In this document: in pieces, positions 34,422 through 43,475 of the stretch
Layout: each line of letters starts with the position of its first letter
How positions within the stretch are numbered: position 1 is the stretch's first letter
Origin: a virus
Taxonomy: Duplodnaviria > Caudoviricetes
DNA: 43,475 nucleotides
Reading direction: 5' to 3' (one strand)
IMG/VR virus record: IMGVR_UViG_3300016484_001188
Location: 1 to 43,475 of that record
Notes under the pieces: model-generated
Told to the model about the DNA's origin: nothing
The model's input: the letters and a program-made list of their open reading frames with translations, nothing else
Databases searched by the model: none
Made by a program: the position numbers and the translations under genes

Positions 34422-36659
34422 TTACCCCACGACTTGAAGACGTTGTTGCGGGCCCCAGGCGAGCGACACGCGGCCGCTGGCCACGTTGCCCGGGATCTCT
34501 TTGACCGTGACGCGCAGCGCGGCAGCTGTGTACGTGGCCACCGGCAGCCAGAAGCGCGGCGCGCGCAGCAGGCCTGAGAAGCCGGCGTCGAGCGCGCGGC
34601 CCAAGCCCGCCTGCTGGAACTGCCCGGCGTTGGCCAACGGCGCCGCGAGCCGATATTCCTGGCCGCCCGCGGTGGCGAACAGGCCCACGCTCACCCAGAT
34701 CACCTTGAGCTCGGGCACGGTCAGCGACAGCGGCAGCCACAGGTCGAGCCATCGGCCCTGCACGGCGGGGTCGTTGAGCGCGGTCAGCAGCGCCGGGTCG
34801 GCAAGCTCGGCCGCGAACGTGTAGCCCGGCGCGCTGCCCAGGCCGTCGATGTCAATGCGCCACTCGCCGCCACCCTCGAAGCGCGGGCCAAGGCTGCCAG
34901 CAGCCACCGAGGAGCCGCGCCCGGCCGTGAAGCCCATGGCCGAGCCCGCCGGCCCGTAGCCGCTACAGCCGGGGTTGGCCATGGCCACCTGGGTGGCCAC
35001 CAGGTTGCCCCACAGGCCCTTGAGCAGATTGCCGTTCTTCTTGCCGCCCGGCTCGGCCGGCGTGTTGACCTGCCGCGTGTCGGGCAGCATGAGCATCGCC
35101 GGAGCCGGCCAGTTGGCAGCGAACTCGGCCAGCTCGGCCGCCAGCGCTTCGCCGCGGACCCACGACCACGGATAGGCGCCGTGCACGCCATCGCTGGCCA
35201 GCATGGCGGCTTCCGGCCAGCCCTTGAGCACGTCCTCGGGCGGGTCGCTGTCCACAGCGGACCAGGCCTGCAGCATCGGCTCGATCGCCGGCGCCACCCG
35301 CACGAACGGGTAGGTACGCGGCAGCTCCGTCCACAGGCGGCGGTTGAGCACCAGCGCCGCGGTGTAGGTGGCGTCCGTCGGCGAGACGTCGCGGCTGCCC
35401 GGCAGCGACTCGACCAGGATCAGGCGCGGGCCCACCTCGTCGCGGATGAGCTCGATCAGGTCGCACAGCGCGGTGTAGGTTTCGTCTGCCGTCGCGCCGT
35501 AGCTCTTGATGGCATTGCCCAGGATGCCCGAGCCAATCAAGACCGCGTCGAACGGGCCCTGCGCGTCCAGCTGGGCCACGCGCTCGGCACCCCAGTCGGT
35601 GACCACGTTGGTCCCTCCGGTGGCCACCATGACGATGTCCAGCCGCGCGCCGAGGCAGTTGTTCAGGTGCACCGGGTAGCCGGCCGAGCAGGTCCAGCTC
35701 GACAGGTCCTGCACCGAGCCCGCGCCGCCCAGCGTGCCGGCCGCGATGTTCGAGCGCGCGTCGGCGTAGGTGATCGTGGTTGAGACGCCCGGGTTGACCG
35801 AGCAGGTCAAAACGGTGAAGGCGCCCTCAGCGCTCGGGCGGTTGCCGCAGGCGAAGCGGATCCGCTGGCCGGGAAGGAAGCGCTGGTCCTCGACCTGGTA
35901 GGCCATCGTGGCCGTAACAACGCCGCTCACGCGCTGGTAGTTCGCCGATGTCACTTCCCACATCGGGTGCGCACGCGCGCCGATGCTGGCGTCGACGATG
36001 CCCAGGCGCAGGCCGGCGCTGGTAATGGACTTGCCGATGAGCGCCGCGGCCTCCGGTGCCACGCCGGGATCGCCAGGGTCGCCTTTCTGTCCGGGCTCCC
36101 CAGCCAGCGACTCCAACCACTCCGGCTGCGTGCCGACGAATCCGTTGGCAAGGGCTACTTGGTAGGCACTCAGGCCTGGGTCGCCCTCTCCGACGAGCGA
36201 GGCCAACCATTGCGCTTCGTTTCCGACAAAGCCGTTGGCGACGGCCACCTCGTAGGCGCTGTCCCCAGGGTCGCCCGGGTCGCCCGGGTCACCAGGATCG
36301 CCCTTGTCTCCTTTCAGGCCCTGGATCACCAACGGCGGCACGTCGAAGTTGCGGTCGACGACGTGGTCCTCGGCGTTGATCGCCACCTCCTCCGGCACGT
36401 AGATCTTGTACTCGGCCACGACCATTGACTCGACACGCAGCGAGATCGTGTAGCGCGTGCCGGCGTCCCCGAGCGCGTTGGGCCACAGGTCGAAGACCAC
36501 GACGCCGCCGGCATCGGTGCGGCCCACGTGCTTGACGGGCACGACGAAGCCGTCGTAGACCTCGGGGCGCGATAGGCGGGCCACGACTTCGGCGTCAGCG
36601 ATGGGCGTGCCCTCGGCGCTGGCGAACGTGCAGGTTACTGCGCAGGTAGGGACAGGCAT
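34422..36659 (-). CDS. Tail fibre with collagen-like repeats and SGNH-hydrolase-like domain
   Basis: GDKGDPGDPGDP, two SAY..A..NGFVG....WL.SL repeats; LIGKSIT, ATGG, GNAI and DGVH blocks. Confidence 0.75.
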   Translation of the reverse strand: MPVPTCAVTCTFASAEGTPIADAEVVARLSRPEVYDGFVVPVKHVGRTDAGGVVVFDLWPNALGDAGTRYTISLRVESMVVAEYKIYVPEEVAINAEDHVVDRNFDVPPLVIQGLKGDKGDPGDPGDPGDPGDSAYEVAVANGFVGNEAQWLASLVGEGDPGLSAYQVALANGFVGTQPEWLESLAGEPGQKGDPGDPGVAPEAAALIGKSITSAGLRLGIVDASIGARAHPMWEVTSANYQRVSGVVTATMAYQVEDQRFLPGQRIRFACGNRPSAEGAFTVLTCSVNPGVSTTITYADARSNIAAGTLGGAGSVQDLSSWTCSAGYPVHLNNCLGARLDIVMVATGGTNVVTDWGAERVAQLDAQGPFDAVLIGSGILGNAIKSYGATADETYTALCDLIELIRDEVGPRLILVESLPGSRDVSPTDATYTAALVLNRRLWTELPRTYPFVRVAPAIEPMLQAWSAVDSDPPEDVLKGWPEAAMLASDGVHGAYPWSWVRGEALAAELAEFAANWPAPAMLMLPDTRQVNTPAEPGGKKNGNLLKGLWGNLVATQVAMANPGCSGYGPAGSAMGFTAGRGSSVAAGSLGPRFEGGGEWRIDIDGLGSAPGYTFAAELADPALLTALNDPAVQGRWLDLWLPLSLTVPELKVIWVSVGLFATAGGQEYRLAAPLANAGQFQQAGLGRALDAGFSGLLRAPRFWLPVATYTAAALRVTVKEIPGNVASGRVSLAWGPQQRLQVVG

Positions 36660-39355
36660 TACGGGAGCACCTTCGCGATGAAATACCAGTTGCTGAGCGT
36701 CTTGATCGACTCGCCGGTGTTCGTGGTGGCGATGTAGACGTCGATCGAGCCCTTCTTCTCACCTGGTCCGGACTGGAGGAAAACGATGGGGCGGCCGGTG
36801 CTGATCTGGTGCCAGGTGTCGAGCGCAGCGCTCAGCACGCCGTCTGGCGCCACCGTGCCGCGCTGCACGAACAGGCAGTAGTAGCCGTCACCGATCGTGG
36901 CCACGTCGGTGTGCGAGAACCATTGGCCGCTGGTCGACCAGTTGCCGTCGGTGTCCATCGCCGACATGGTTCCGTTGCGGTTCAGGCGCAGCCCGGCATA
37001 GCAGCTGTCAGGGAAGCTGTCGACGGCCCAGAAGGTCCGGCTGATGCTGGGCATCACGTCGCGTTCGCCGCTGTTGGTAGTGACCGAGACGCCGGCCGCG
37101 CTTGCGCTGTAGTTGCCGCTGTGATCGCGGTGCTTGGCGTACCACAGGTACGTGCCGGCGACGGGCGCCGTCCAGGTGGTGCCGGTGCCCGCGATGGTGA
37201 GGATCTCGTCGGGCGAGTCCCACGATCCACGGCGCAACTCGGTGACCGCGTAGTCCTTCTCCGGCGGCAGGTTCCAGCGCATCATCGCGCTCGCGCCAGC
37301 AGCGGCCGCGGTGAACCCCGTCACGTTGGAGACCGGGGTGTCGTCCCCTTCAATCGTGCCGACCACGACCACGCTCCACGGTCCGGCCAGCCCGAGCACG
37401 TTGACCGCGCGCACGCGCACGAGGTTGACACGCAGACGATCAAGCGGCGCCGCGTAGCCGCTGGTGGCCGCGCCGGACACGAAGGGGTCGGCCGTCCAGG
37501 TGACGACGTCGTCGCGCTTGTGCTCGATCTCGATGCGGCCGCCCTGCTGCACCCAGACATTGGCAGCGGCCGTCCACGTGACATAGCCGCGGATCAGCTC
37601 TGTCCCGTCCTCCAGCCGCACCATGTGCTCGGGGCCGGTGTCGACGGCGAGCCCCGACAGCGCGGCCGGGCGCTGGCCTGGCGCCGGAAGGTCCGTGTTC
37701 GGCGCCAGGTCCACCGTGGTGGCCTCGCCATAGTTCCAGTCCCACACGCCTGCAGCGGTGGCCTGCAGCAGCAGCTGCACGCGGTCTGCCTCGTCGCGCT
37801 TGTAGATGCGCTCGCGCACCACAAACAGCTTGTTCGTCCACCCCATGGCGGCGAACGACAGAGCCACCACGTCGTTGGGCTTGACGTTGTAGCCGCCGCG
37901 GATCTTGTAGGTCGCCTGGATGGTCTCGGCCTGGCGGGCGCGCTCCAGTTCGATCTTGGCCAGGCGCTGCGCGCGCATGCCCTCGTCGACCATCGGCATG
38001 GTCACGTCGCGGGTGATCTGCTCGCCGCCGTCTGCTGCCTGGTACGTCGGGTTCTCGACAACCGGGAACTGCCGATCGATGTAGCCACTGGCTGCGTCCA
38101 CGTAGGTGCCGGTGACCGCATTGAACAACGACCGCCGGCGCGCGAACGGCATGATCTGAATCGAGCCCGGCGCGAAGTCGCTCTCGGTGAGGTAGACGTC
38201 GGGCGCCTCGTGCGCACCGGCGCGGATACGCCACTTGCCAGCGACGAATGTGGCGCTGCCGGCCATGGGGACGACGAGCTGCTCGAGGTTGTCGCGCAGT
38301 GCATCCTCTGCCGACAGCGTGCCGTTGGTGGTGTAGCGCTTCTGGGTGGCACCGCCGACCTCGAGCTCGACATCCTCATCGCAGATGTTGGCGGCGGCCG
38401 AGACGTCGGTGTCGGTGATGGCCGCAGCCGGCTGCTTGAGGCCCATCTCCTGCTGGCGCAGCCACCAGCGCGTGATGAGCGCGCTGTTCTGCGACCAGCC
38501 CGTGAGGCCCGAGCGCGGGTCGTAGCACTTGGCGCCGCGGGTCACCACCGCGATGTTCGGCACACCGACGGCGCCGAACACGTCCTGGTCGTACTTCAGC
38601 CGCACGTACAGGTAGGCGATGCTGTCGCCGCGGTGCGCGCTTGTCCACTCGCCGCCCGACTCGGCCACGAGATCCGCGTCGGCAACCTGCCCGGGCTGAC
38701 CGCGGTGGAACTTGATGCGCACCAGGTTGGTTGCGGACGTCCTGGTGTAGTTGACCGTGTAGGTGTGCGGCCCCGACGGAGGCGAGGTGACCGTGATGGT
38801 GGCGCCGGATCGGGTGAACGCCACGGGCGTGCCCGCCGACAAAGGGTCGTCGCTCACCACGACGCTCTGCACGCTGGCCGGCACCTCGGGCAGGTTGAAG
38901 ACTCCGTCAGCGTCGGTCGTGCTGTAGACGTGGGTGGTGTCGTCGGCCTTGGCGAACTCACCCGAGGTGATGAAGCCGCCTGCGTCCGGCGTGGGCAGCG
39001 CCACGTCGTTGAAGTAGACCGTCTCGAATCCGTCCACCTCGTGGGCCGCGATGGCGATCACCAGGTGCAGATATTCCTTCTTGCTGCCGCTGCTGGTGAC
39101 GTAGACGACCGGACCGCTGACCTTGGCGCGGCCGACCACCATCTGACGCGGCGCGATGCCGGAGCGGATCATCACGCCCCGATCGGTGAGCGAGGCGTTG
39201 TAGGCGCGGCGGGCCTTCTTGCGCTGCTGCTCGGTCTGGTACGAGCTCACAGCGGCGGAGGCCACGGCTCCGAAGAGCAAGCCCCACCCTGCACCGAACA
39301 CGGTGCCGATGGCGCCGGTGTAGTACGTGATGAGCGCAGGGATGAGCGCCGGCAT
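36659..39355 (-). CDS. Central tail tip/host-specificity protein (gpJ-like)
   Basis: PRQMVVGRAKVSG, RGAKCYDPR, AANICDE, RAQRLAKIEL, C-terminal FN3-like repeats; start at MPALI. Confidence 0.9.
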   Translation of the reverse strand: MPALIPALITYYTGAIGTVFGAGWGLLFGAVASAAVSSYQTEQQRKKARRAYNASLTDRGVMIRSGIAPRQMVVGRAKVSGPVVYVTSSGSKKEYLHLVIAIAAHEVDGFETVYFNDVALPTPDAGGFITSGEFAKADDTTHVYSTTDADGVFNLPEVPASVQSVVVSDDPLSAGTPVAFTRSGATITVTSPPSGPHTYTVNYTRTSATNLVRIKFHRGQPGQVADADLVAESGGEWTSAHRGDSIAYLYVRLKYDQDVFGAVGVPNIAVVTRGAKCYDPRSGLTGWSQNSALITRWWLRQQEMGLKQPAAAITDTDVSAAANICDEDVELEVGGATQKRYTTNGTLSAEDALRDNLEQLVVPMAGSATFVAGKWRIRAGAHEAPDVYLTESDFAPGSIQIMPFARRRSLFNAVTGTYVDAASGYIDRQFPVVENPTYQAADGGEQITRDVTMPMVDEGMRAQRLAKIELERARQAETIQATYKIRGGYNVKPNDVVALSFAAMGWTNKLFVVRERIYKRDEADRVQLLLQATAAGVWDWNYGEATTVDLAPNTDLPAPGQRPAALSGLAVDTGPEHMVRLEDGTELIRGYVTWTAAANVWVQQGGRIEIEHKRDDVVTWTADPFVSGAATSGYAAPLDRLRVNLVRVRAVNVLGLAGPWSVVVVGTIEGDDTPVSNVTGFTAAAAGASAMMRWNLPPEKDYAVTELRRGSWDSPDEILTIAGTGTTWTAPVAGTYLWYAKHRDHSGNYSASAAGVSVTTNSGERDVMPSISRTFWAVDSFPDSCYAGLRLNRNGTMSAMDTDGNWSTSGQWFSHTDVATIGDGYYCLFVQRGTVAPDGVLSAALDTWHQISTGRPIVFLQSGPGEKKGSIDVYIATTNTGESIKTLSNWYFIAKVLP

Positions 39356-39359
39356 TCCG

Positions 39360-39782
39360 TCAGCTCCCCACTCGCCAGCACAGCGAGGCGTCGGCCAGCG
39401 GCCGCAGCGAGAGCCGGTCATGGCCAGGTGCACCGCACAAGTTGCCGAAGCAAACAGCCAGCGCGCCGGGCCAGCGGCCGCGCACGGCGCGGTGCGGCAT
39501 CAGAACGAGATCGCCACGGCGAGCCTGAAGGATCGACACCGGCGGCCCGAGGCGCTTGGAGACCGCCGCCTCAAAGCCGCCCATGGCCTGAAGCGCACGC
39601 GCTGCGGCACGCGCGTTCACCCACTGCGGCGTGCCCTGCAGATGATCCTCACCGGTCACAGCGAGCACCGCGCGCGCGGCGAACGTCACGCAGTCGTGAC
39701 GGCCCCAGGCAAAGGGCAGACCCAGCGTCTCGTCCATCAGGGCAGCCAGCCGGGCGGGCCAGTCGGGCAGTCGCTTCATCAT
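39360..39782 (-). CDS. NlpC/P60-like tail assembly protein (DUF6950-like)
   Basis: DWPARL, FAWGRHDC..FA, ARRGDLV. Confidence 0.8.
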   Translation of the reverse strand: MMKRLPDWPARLAALMDETLGLPFAWGRHDCVTFAARAVLAVTGEDHLQGTPQWVNARAAARALQAMGGFEAAVSKRLGPPVSILQARRGDLVLMPHRAVRGRWPGALAVCFGNLCGAPGHDRLSLRPLADASLCWRVGS

Positions 39783-40351
39783 TTCTTGAAGAACTCCTTC
39801 GCCGGCCACGTGATGGTCACGTCGGCCATGCGCTCGGCGAACTCGAAGAACCTGTCGCCAGGATGCAGGCGTTGCTGGTCCTGGTGGCTGAAGCGCAGTA
39901 GGTTCGGCTGGTCCCAGCGCGCCAGCGGGTGCTCGGCTGTGACGACGATCTGGGCCATGTTGCTGTCCAGTCCGATGGTCATCACGTCGAGCTTGCCGAC
40001 CCAGGCGTTCTCGTCCACGCTCAACGTGGTGCCGCTCAGCGTGGCCAGCATGAGCTTCACGGGTCGGTCTTGAATGTCCTCGGTGAGAGCGAGCGCGATC
40101 GAACTGGTGGGCACGCCGCTGAGCGTGAACTGCAGGCCGTTCACCTCCCCGTCGGTCTCGGTGATGTCGCTGACCGAGCCGATGCCGAACATGCTCAGCC
40201 AGGTGTGACCGTCCCACACGACGTCATGCGGCGCGTCGGTCATGTAGACCGTGCCGCCGTCGAAGTCCATCTGCACGAGGACGATGGAGATGACGTGCGG
40301 CTGCGCGATGTTGGTCGCAAAGCCGGAGGGCAGATCGCGGCCGTTGCTCAC
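39779..40351 (-). CDS. Minor tail protein (gpL-like)
   Basis: WDGHTW, GSVSDITE, LSGVP, QQRLHPGDRFFEF, ITW; GTG start. Confidence 0.8.
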   Translation of the reverse strand: MSNGRDLPSGFATNIAQPHVISIVLVQMDFDGGTVYMTDAPHDVVWDGHTWLSMFGIGSVSDITETDGEVNGLQFTLSGVPTSSIALALTEDIQDRPVKLMLATLSGTTLSVDENAWVGKLDVMTIGLDSNMAQIVVTAEHPLARWDQPNLLRFSHQDQQRLHPGDRFFEFAERMADVTITWPAKEFFKK

Positions 40352-40962
40352 GAGAACACCTCCACCAGGTCGATGGAGAAGGGCTCGGCGTGGCTGCCGT
40401 TGTAGCTCGCTGACCAATTGGCATCGGCCAGCACGTACAGAGCTGCCACGTCCGCGGTGGTGACCGCGGCGCCTGCTGCCACCGCGGCGCGCAGGATGTT
40501 GCGCACGGTGACGGTCATTACGCCGGAACCGTCGGCGGTAGCGTCGAGCACTGCCTTCACGGCCTGGCCCGTTGCGAGCTTCAACCAGTCACCGCGCTTG
40601 ATGGTGGCGCCCGCGCCGCAGTTGGCGAGCTGCACCTGGGTGCCGAACTGCGGAGCGGTGACGTTCATCGTCACGCCGGACAGCGCGATGGTTCCCTGCG
40701 GCGTCGGCGTCACCGGATCGATGAGCGAAATGCGGTGCTCACGGCCGTTCAGGCGCTCCAGGAAGGCGATGAGGCGGCGGCGCTCGGCGAAAGTCTGGTC
40801 GAAGAAGTTCAACCGCCAGCCCCAGCGGCTGCCCACCCTGGCGCTGGTCTGCACGTCGCCGTTCAGCGGGCTGTCGCTCTCGTTGGAGTAGGTGCGCGGC
40901 TGCCACACCGCGCCGGCGAGGCTGAACGCGATGTCGTTGGTTGGCCAGGAGAAGGTGGACAC
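40348..40962 (-). CDS. Distal tail protein (Dit-like)
   Basis: SPLNGDVQT...GSRW, FLERLNG; directly after the tape measure gene. Confidence 0.75.
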   Translation of the reverse strand: MSTFSWPTNDIAFSLAGAVWQPRTYSNESDSPLNGDVQTSARVGSRWGWRLNFFDQTFAERRRLIAFLERLNGREHRISLIDPVTPTPQGTIALSGVTMNVTAPQFGTQVQLANCGAGATIKRGDWLKLATGQAVKAVLDATADGSGVMTVTVRNILRAAVAAGAAVTTADVAALYVLADANWSASYNGSHAEPFSIDLVEVFS

Positions 40963-40966
40963 GGCC

Positions 40967-42880
40967 TTACCTGCTGAAGAAGCGGTTGCCGCGGTCCATG
41001 CGGCGCGTGATCTCGCCGACGGCTTCGTCTTTGGCCATGCGCATCGCGGCCACGACCTGGCCGGACTGCACGCCCTGGCCGATGTGGTTCGTCTGATAGA
41101 TCACCACCGACGCGCCGCCCATCCCACCGGCGGCGGGGTTGTAGCGAGCGGGCACCACGGCCTCGCCGCGGTGCAGCACCGCGCGGAAGCCGTCATAGGG
41201 CACGTAGTTCGTGCCGGTGGCCAGCTTCGTGCCGGCCGCTTCTTTCGGAGGGCCGACATCCGGCGATGCGCTGGCGCCGAACCCCCACCCGCCACCAGTG
41301 GCACCGGTGGAGACATAGCTCCACAACATCTCGCCCAGCTGGCCCATCTGCTTGGCCAGGATGCGGTCGTAGATCAGCTCGGTCAGCGTCTGAATGAACA
41401 GGTTCTTGAACCCGTCAGCGCTGAGCTTGCCCGTGCGCATGAACTCCTGGAAGGCGTCGCGGCCGGCATCGACGAAGCCGTCGCTGAAGCGGTTGCCGGC
41501 CTCCTGCATCGCGATGGTGGTGTTCTCCCAGTTCTCGGCCAACTTCTGCCACTCGGGCTTGAGCAGCTGGGTCATGTAGCGCGCGTCCTCGGCCGCCTGC
41601 TCTGCCATGCGGCGCAGGCCCGTGTCGGTCTCGTCGTAGCCCCCGATCTCCAGGCGCCGAAACGCCTGGTTGCCGCTGGCGTTGTCGCGCTGGCTGCGCA
41701 GGATCTCCGCAATGTCCGGGAAGGGGAACTGCTCGTCGAATGTGGGCGGGCCGATGTTTGGGTCGGCGGTGCGAAAGCCTCGCGGGCTGGTCGGGGTGCG
41801 TGCAGCCGCGGCGATGGCGGCTTGCTCCTGCGCCGCACGCGTTGAGGCACTGTCAGCCGCGCGACCCTGCAGCCGGATCGATTCGACAAGCGCGTCGCGG
41901 CGTGCCATTGCGTTGGCGAGCGCCTGGTCACGCCCGGGCCTGATCGTGCCGTTTCGCTGGGGCTGCTGCAGGTTGGCGATGCCCTTCTCAACCTCGGCCA
42001 GCTCCTCCTGCAGCGTCTTCGTGCGGCCGATGCTAAGCAGGGCATCCTTGTACTCGGACACCTTCTGCGTGAGCGAGCGCCACATGCGCTCCAACGACCC
42101 GAGGTTCTCCTCGTGGGCTTTGAACGGGCGAGCCAGCGCGTCGAACGTGATGGCCATGGCCTCGTTCGTCTTCCCCTGCTTCTCCATCGCCGCAATCAGC
42201 TTGTATTGCTCGACGGTCAGGAAGTGGTAACGCTCGTTCGCCTCCTGCGCCCACTTGGCCACACCAGCCTGTGCGCGGGCAAAGTCCTTGACGATGACGT
42301 CCACACTGGCGCCAGTGGCCTTCTGCATGGCCACCGCAGCACGCGCGGCGGCGTCCAGCGCCGGCGCCCCGACTCGACCCGTCTCAGCCAGCGCGAGCGT
42401 CATCTCACGCGCCTCGCCAATGGTGGCGGTTGAAGTGGCTGCGATCGTCTCCGCCAGGGTGTTGAATCGTCCGGCAGTGAGTCCTGCGGCATTCCCGGTC
42501 AGCGCGATCGCGTCGCGCAGGCGGTTGGACTCCTGCCAGCCTTGAACGGCCGCCGTGGCGACTGTTGCCACGCCCCCGGCCAGGCCCAGGGCCGCCACCC
42601 GCCCGAGCGTGAAGACCGAGGCCACAGCCCGCACCGCACCACCCAGCCCGCCGAACGTGTCACGCAACTGGCCGCCCTGCTGCATGAGGATCATGAACGG
42701 CGACTGCCCCGTCGCCAGACCCGACACGATGTCGGTCATCTGGAACGACAGCTGCTGCATCTGCTGCTTGGTGTACCCCGTGGCCGTGCCCACGCGCTTG
42801 AGGTGGTCCTCGGTGCGCTTGAGCGCCGCAGACGACTTCGTGTCGTCGGCCGACAGGATGAACCGGACTTCTTCAGTCAT
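40967..42880 (-). CDS. Tail tape measure protein
   Basis: QMTDIVSGLATGQSPFMILMQQGGQL lambda-type motif; Ala-rich helices; C-terminal ATGTNYVP.DG..A.LH.GEAVVP. Confidence 0.92.
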   Translation of the reverse strand: MTEEVRFILSADDTKSSAALKRTEDHLKRVGTATGYTKQQMQQLSFQMTDIVSGLATGQSPFMILMQQGGQLRDTFGGLGGAVRAVASVFTLGRVAALGLAGGVATVATAAVQGWQESNRLRDAIALTGNAAGLTAGRFNTLAETIAATSTATIGEAREMTLALAETGRVGAPALDAAARAAVAMQKATGASVDVIVKDFARAQAGVAKWAQEANERYHFLTVEQYKLIAAMEKQGKTNEAMAITFDALARPFKAHEENLGSLERMWRSLTQKVSEYKDALLSIGRTKTLQEELAEVEKGIANLQQPQRNGTIRPGRDQALANAMARRDALVESIRLQGRAADSASTRAAQEQAAIAAAARTPTSPRGFRTADPNIGPPTFDEQFPFPDIAEILRSQRDNASGNQAFRRLEIGGYDETDTGLRRMAEQAAEDARYMTQLLKPEWQKLAENWENTTIAMQEAGNRFSDGFVDAGRDAFQEFMRTGKLSADGFKNLFIQTLTELIYDRILAKQMGQLGEMLWSYVSTGATGGGWGFGASASPDVGPPKEAAGTKLATGTNYVPYDGFRAVLHRGEAVVPARYNPAAGGMGGASVVIYQTNHIGQGVQSGQVVAAMRMAKDEAVGEITRRMDRGNRFFSR

Positions 42881-43226
42881 GGCGCTGCGCCCTCCGCTCG
42901 CCCATCCAGTCGAGCGCCTCGGCTTCCATCACCTGCAGGTCGCTGAACGTGCGGTCGCGCTCCCTCCGGCCCGTGATGCGCAGGCGTTCCCACACGAGCG
43001 GCAGCGCCTCGTAGCGCAGGCCCACAGCACCACCCGGGCCCATCACCCACTGCGTGCGCATGGCGAGGAATGTGTCGAGCGCCGGCTGGTTGTCGGCCAG
43101 GTACTCGACCGGCTCGGGGTCCGGGTAGCTGGCCGGGTCGATGCCCGCGGCCTGCAGGTCTCGGCGAATCGATGCAACGTCCGGCCCGCCCTCCATCGCC
43201 GCCCGGGCGAGCCGCTTCAGTTTCCC
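42873..43226 (-). CDS. Tail chaperone frameshift extension (gpT/DUF1799-like)
   Basis: -1 frame from the slippery site gives GKLKRLARAA...TQW..G..G..GLRYEA...DLQVME.EAL. Confidence 0.8.
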   Translation of the reverse strand, partial: GKLKRLARAAMEGGPDVASIRRDLQAAGIDPASYPDPEPVEYLADNQPALDTFLAMRTQWVMGPGGAVGLRYEALPLVWERLRITGRRERDRTFSDLQVMEAEALDWMGERRAQRHD

Positions 43227-43475
43227 GTTCGGGACTCGTGCAGCGCCCGGCCGTAGGCCTGGAAGATGTCGAGGCCTGCGGCGGGGAAGACGTCGAGCAG
43301 CTGAGCGAACGCATCGCGGGAGAACTCCAGCGGCTGGCCGTCTTCGTCTGCCACGCCCTCCCAACCGGCCACAACCTCGAGCAGATAGTCGGGGTCGTCG
43401 CGGCCGCTGGCCGAGGCCAGCCACGCCTTGAAGGCCTTGCGGCCTTTGTGGCGGAACCGCAGGCGCAGGGTGCCG
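43217..43475 (-). CDS. Tail assembly chaperone (gpG-like), 3' part; joins 1..93
   Basis: ...VVAGWEGV.DEDG..LEFSRDA..QLLD.FP...ESRTGN*. Confidence 0.85.
   Translation of the reverse strand, partial: GTLRLRFRHKGRKAFKAWLASASGRDDPDYLLEVVAGWEGVADEDGQPLEFSRDAFAQLLDVFPAAGLDIFQAYGRALHESRTGN
43220..43226 (-). other. Programmed -1 ribosomal frameshift site G GGA AAC
   Basis: X XXY YYZ heptamer in frame immediately before the chaperone TGA. Confidence 0.85.

Noticed and set aside
36100-36320. Tandem repeats as CRISPR or DGR template/variable repeats
   Set aside because: They are in-frame collagen-like and SAY..NGFVG protein repeats; no spacers, cas genes or reverse transcriptase occur in the window
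36809-39901. Very long opposite-strand ORFs (1030 aa here; also 12210..13574, 19901..21385 and others)
   Set aside because: Antisense shadows of real genes caused by high-GC codon bias; no recognisable motifs
43454-43475. 22-bp terminal repeat as a biological DTR or att core
   Set aside because: It falls mid-gene in the tail chaperone and has the size of an assembler overlap; attP is at about 28.9 kb

Overview
The window is an apparently complete, circularly permuted genome of about 43.45 kb from a GC-rich temperate siphovirus. The first 22 nt repeat the last 22 nt, and a tail chaperone gene runs across the join. The host is probably a betaproteobacterium (Burkholderiales-like); this is an inference from composition, gene families and the LexA box. 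Modules: (i) a lambdoid immunity region with cI lacking an autocleavage domain, cro, a cII-like gene and five related operators; (ii) a plus-strand early arm (RecT, PD-(D/E)xK nuclease, MazG-like, DUF4406, PAPS-reductase/DndC-like, ASCH, adenine methyltransferase, xis, tyrosine integrase); (iii) an intact attP whose core resembles the 5' half of tRNA-Arg(UCU), followed 50 bp later by a complete phage tRNA-Arg(UCU); (iv) a minus-strand arm running from cro through replication (with iterons), a RuvC-like resolvase, terminase and a Mor/C-like activator to a MuF-metallopeptidase with a putative immunity gene; (v) two divergent structural operons, with portal and neck genes on + and scaffold, capsid, tail and lysis genes on -. 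The most notable items are an integrate-and-replace tRNA strategy, a LexA-boxed candidate antirepressor paired with a non-cleavable repressor, a divergent late-operon layout probably driven by the Mor/C-like protein, and three carbohydrate-active candidate virion proteins, one a clan GH-A hydrolase with a poly-proline stalk placed among the neck genes. All protein calls come from motif recognition by eye; no database searches were run.
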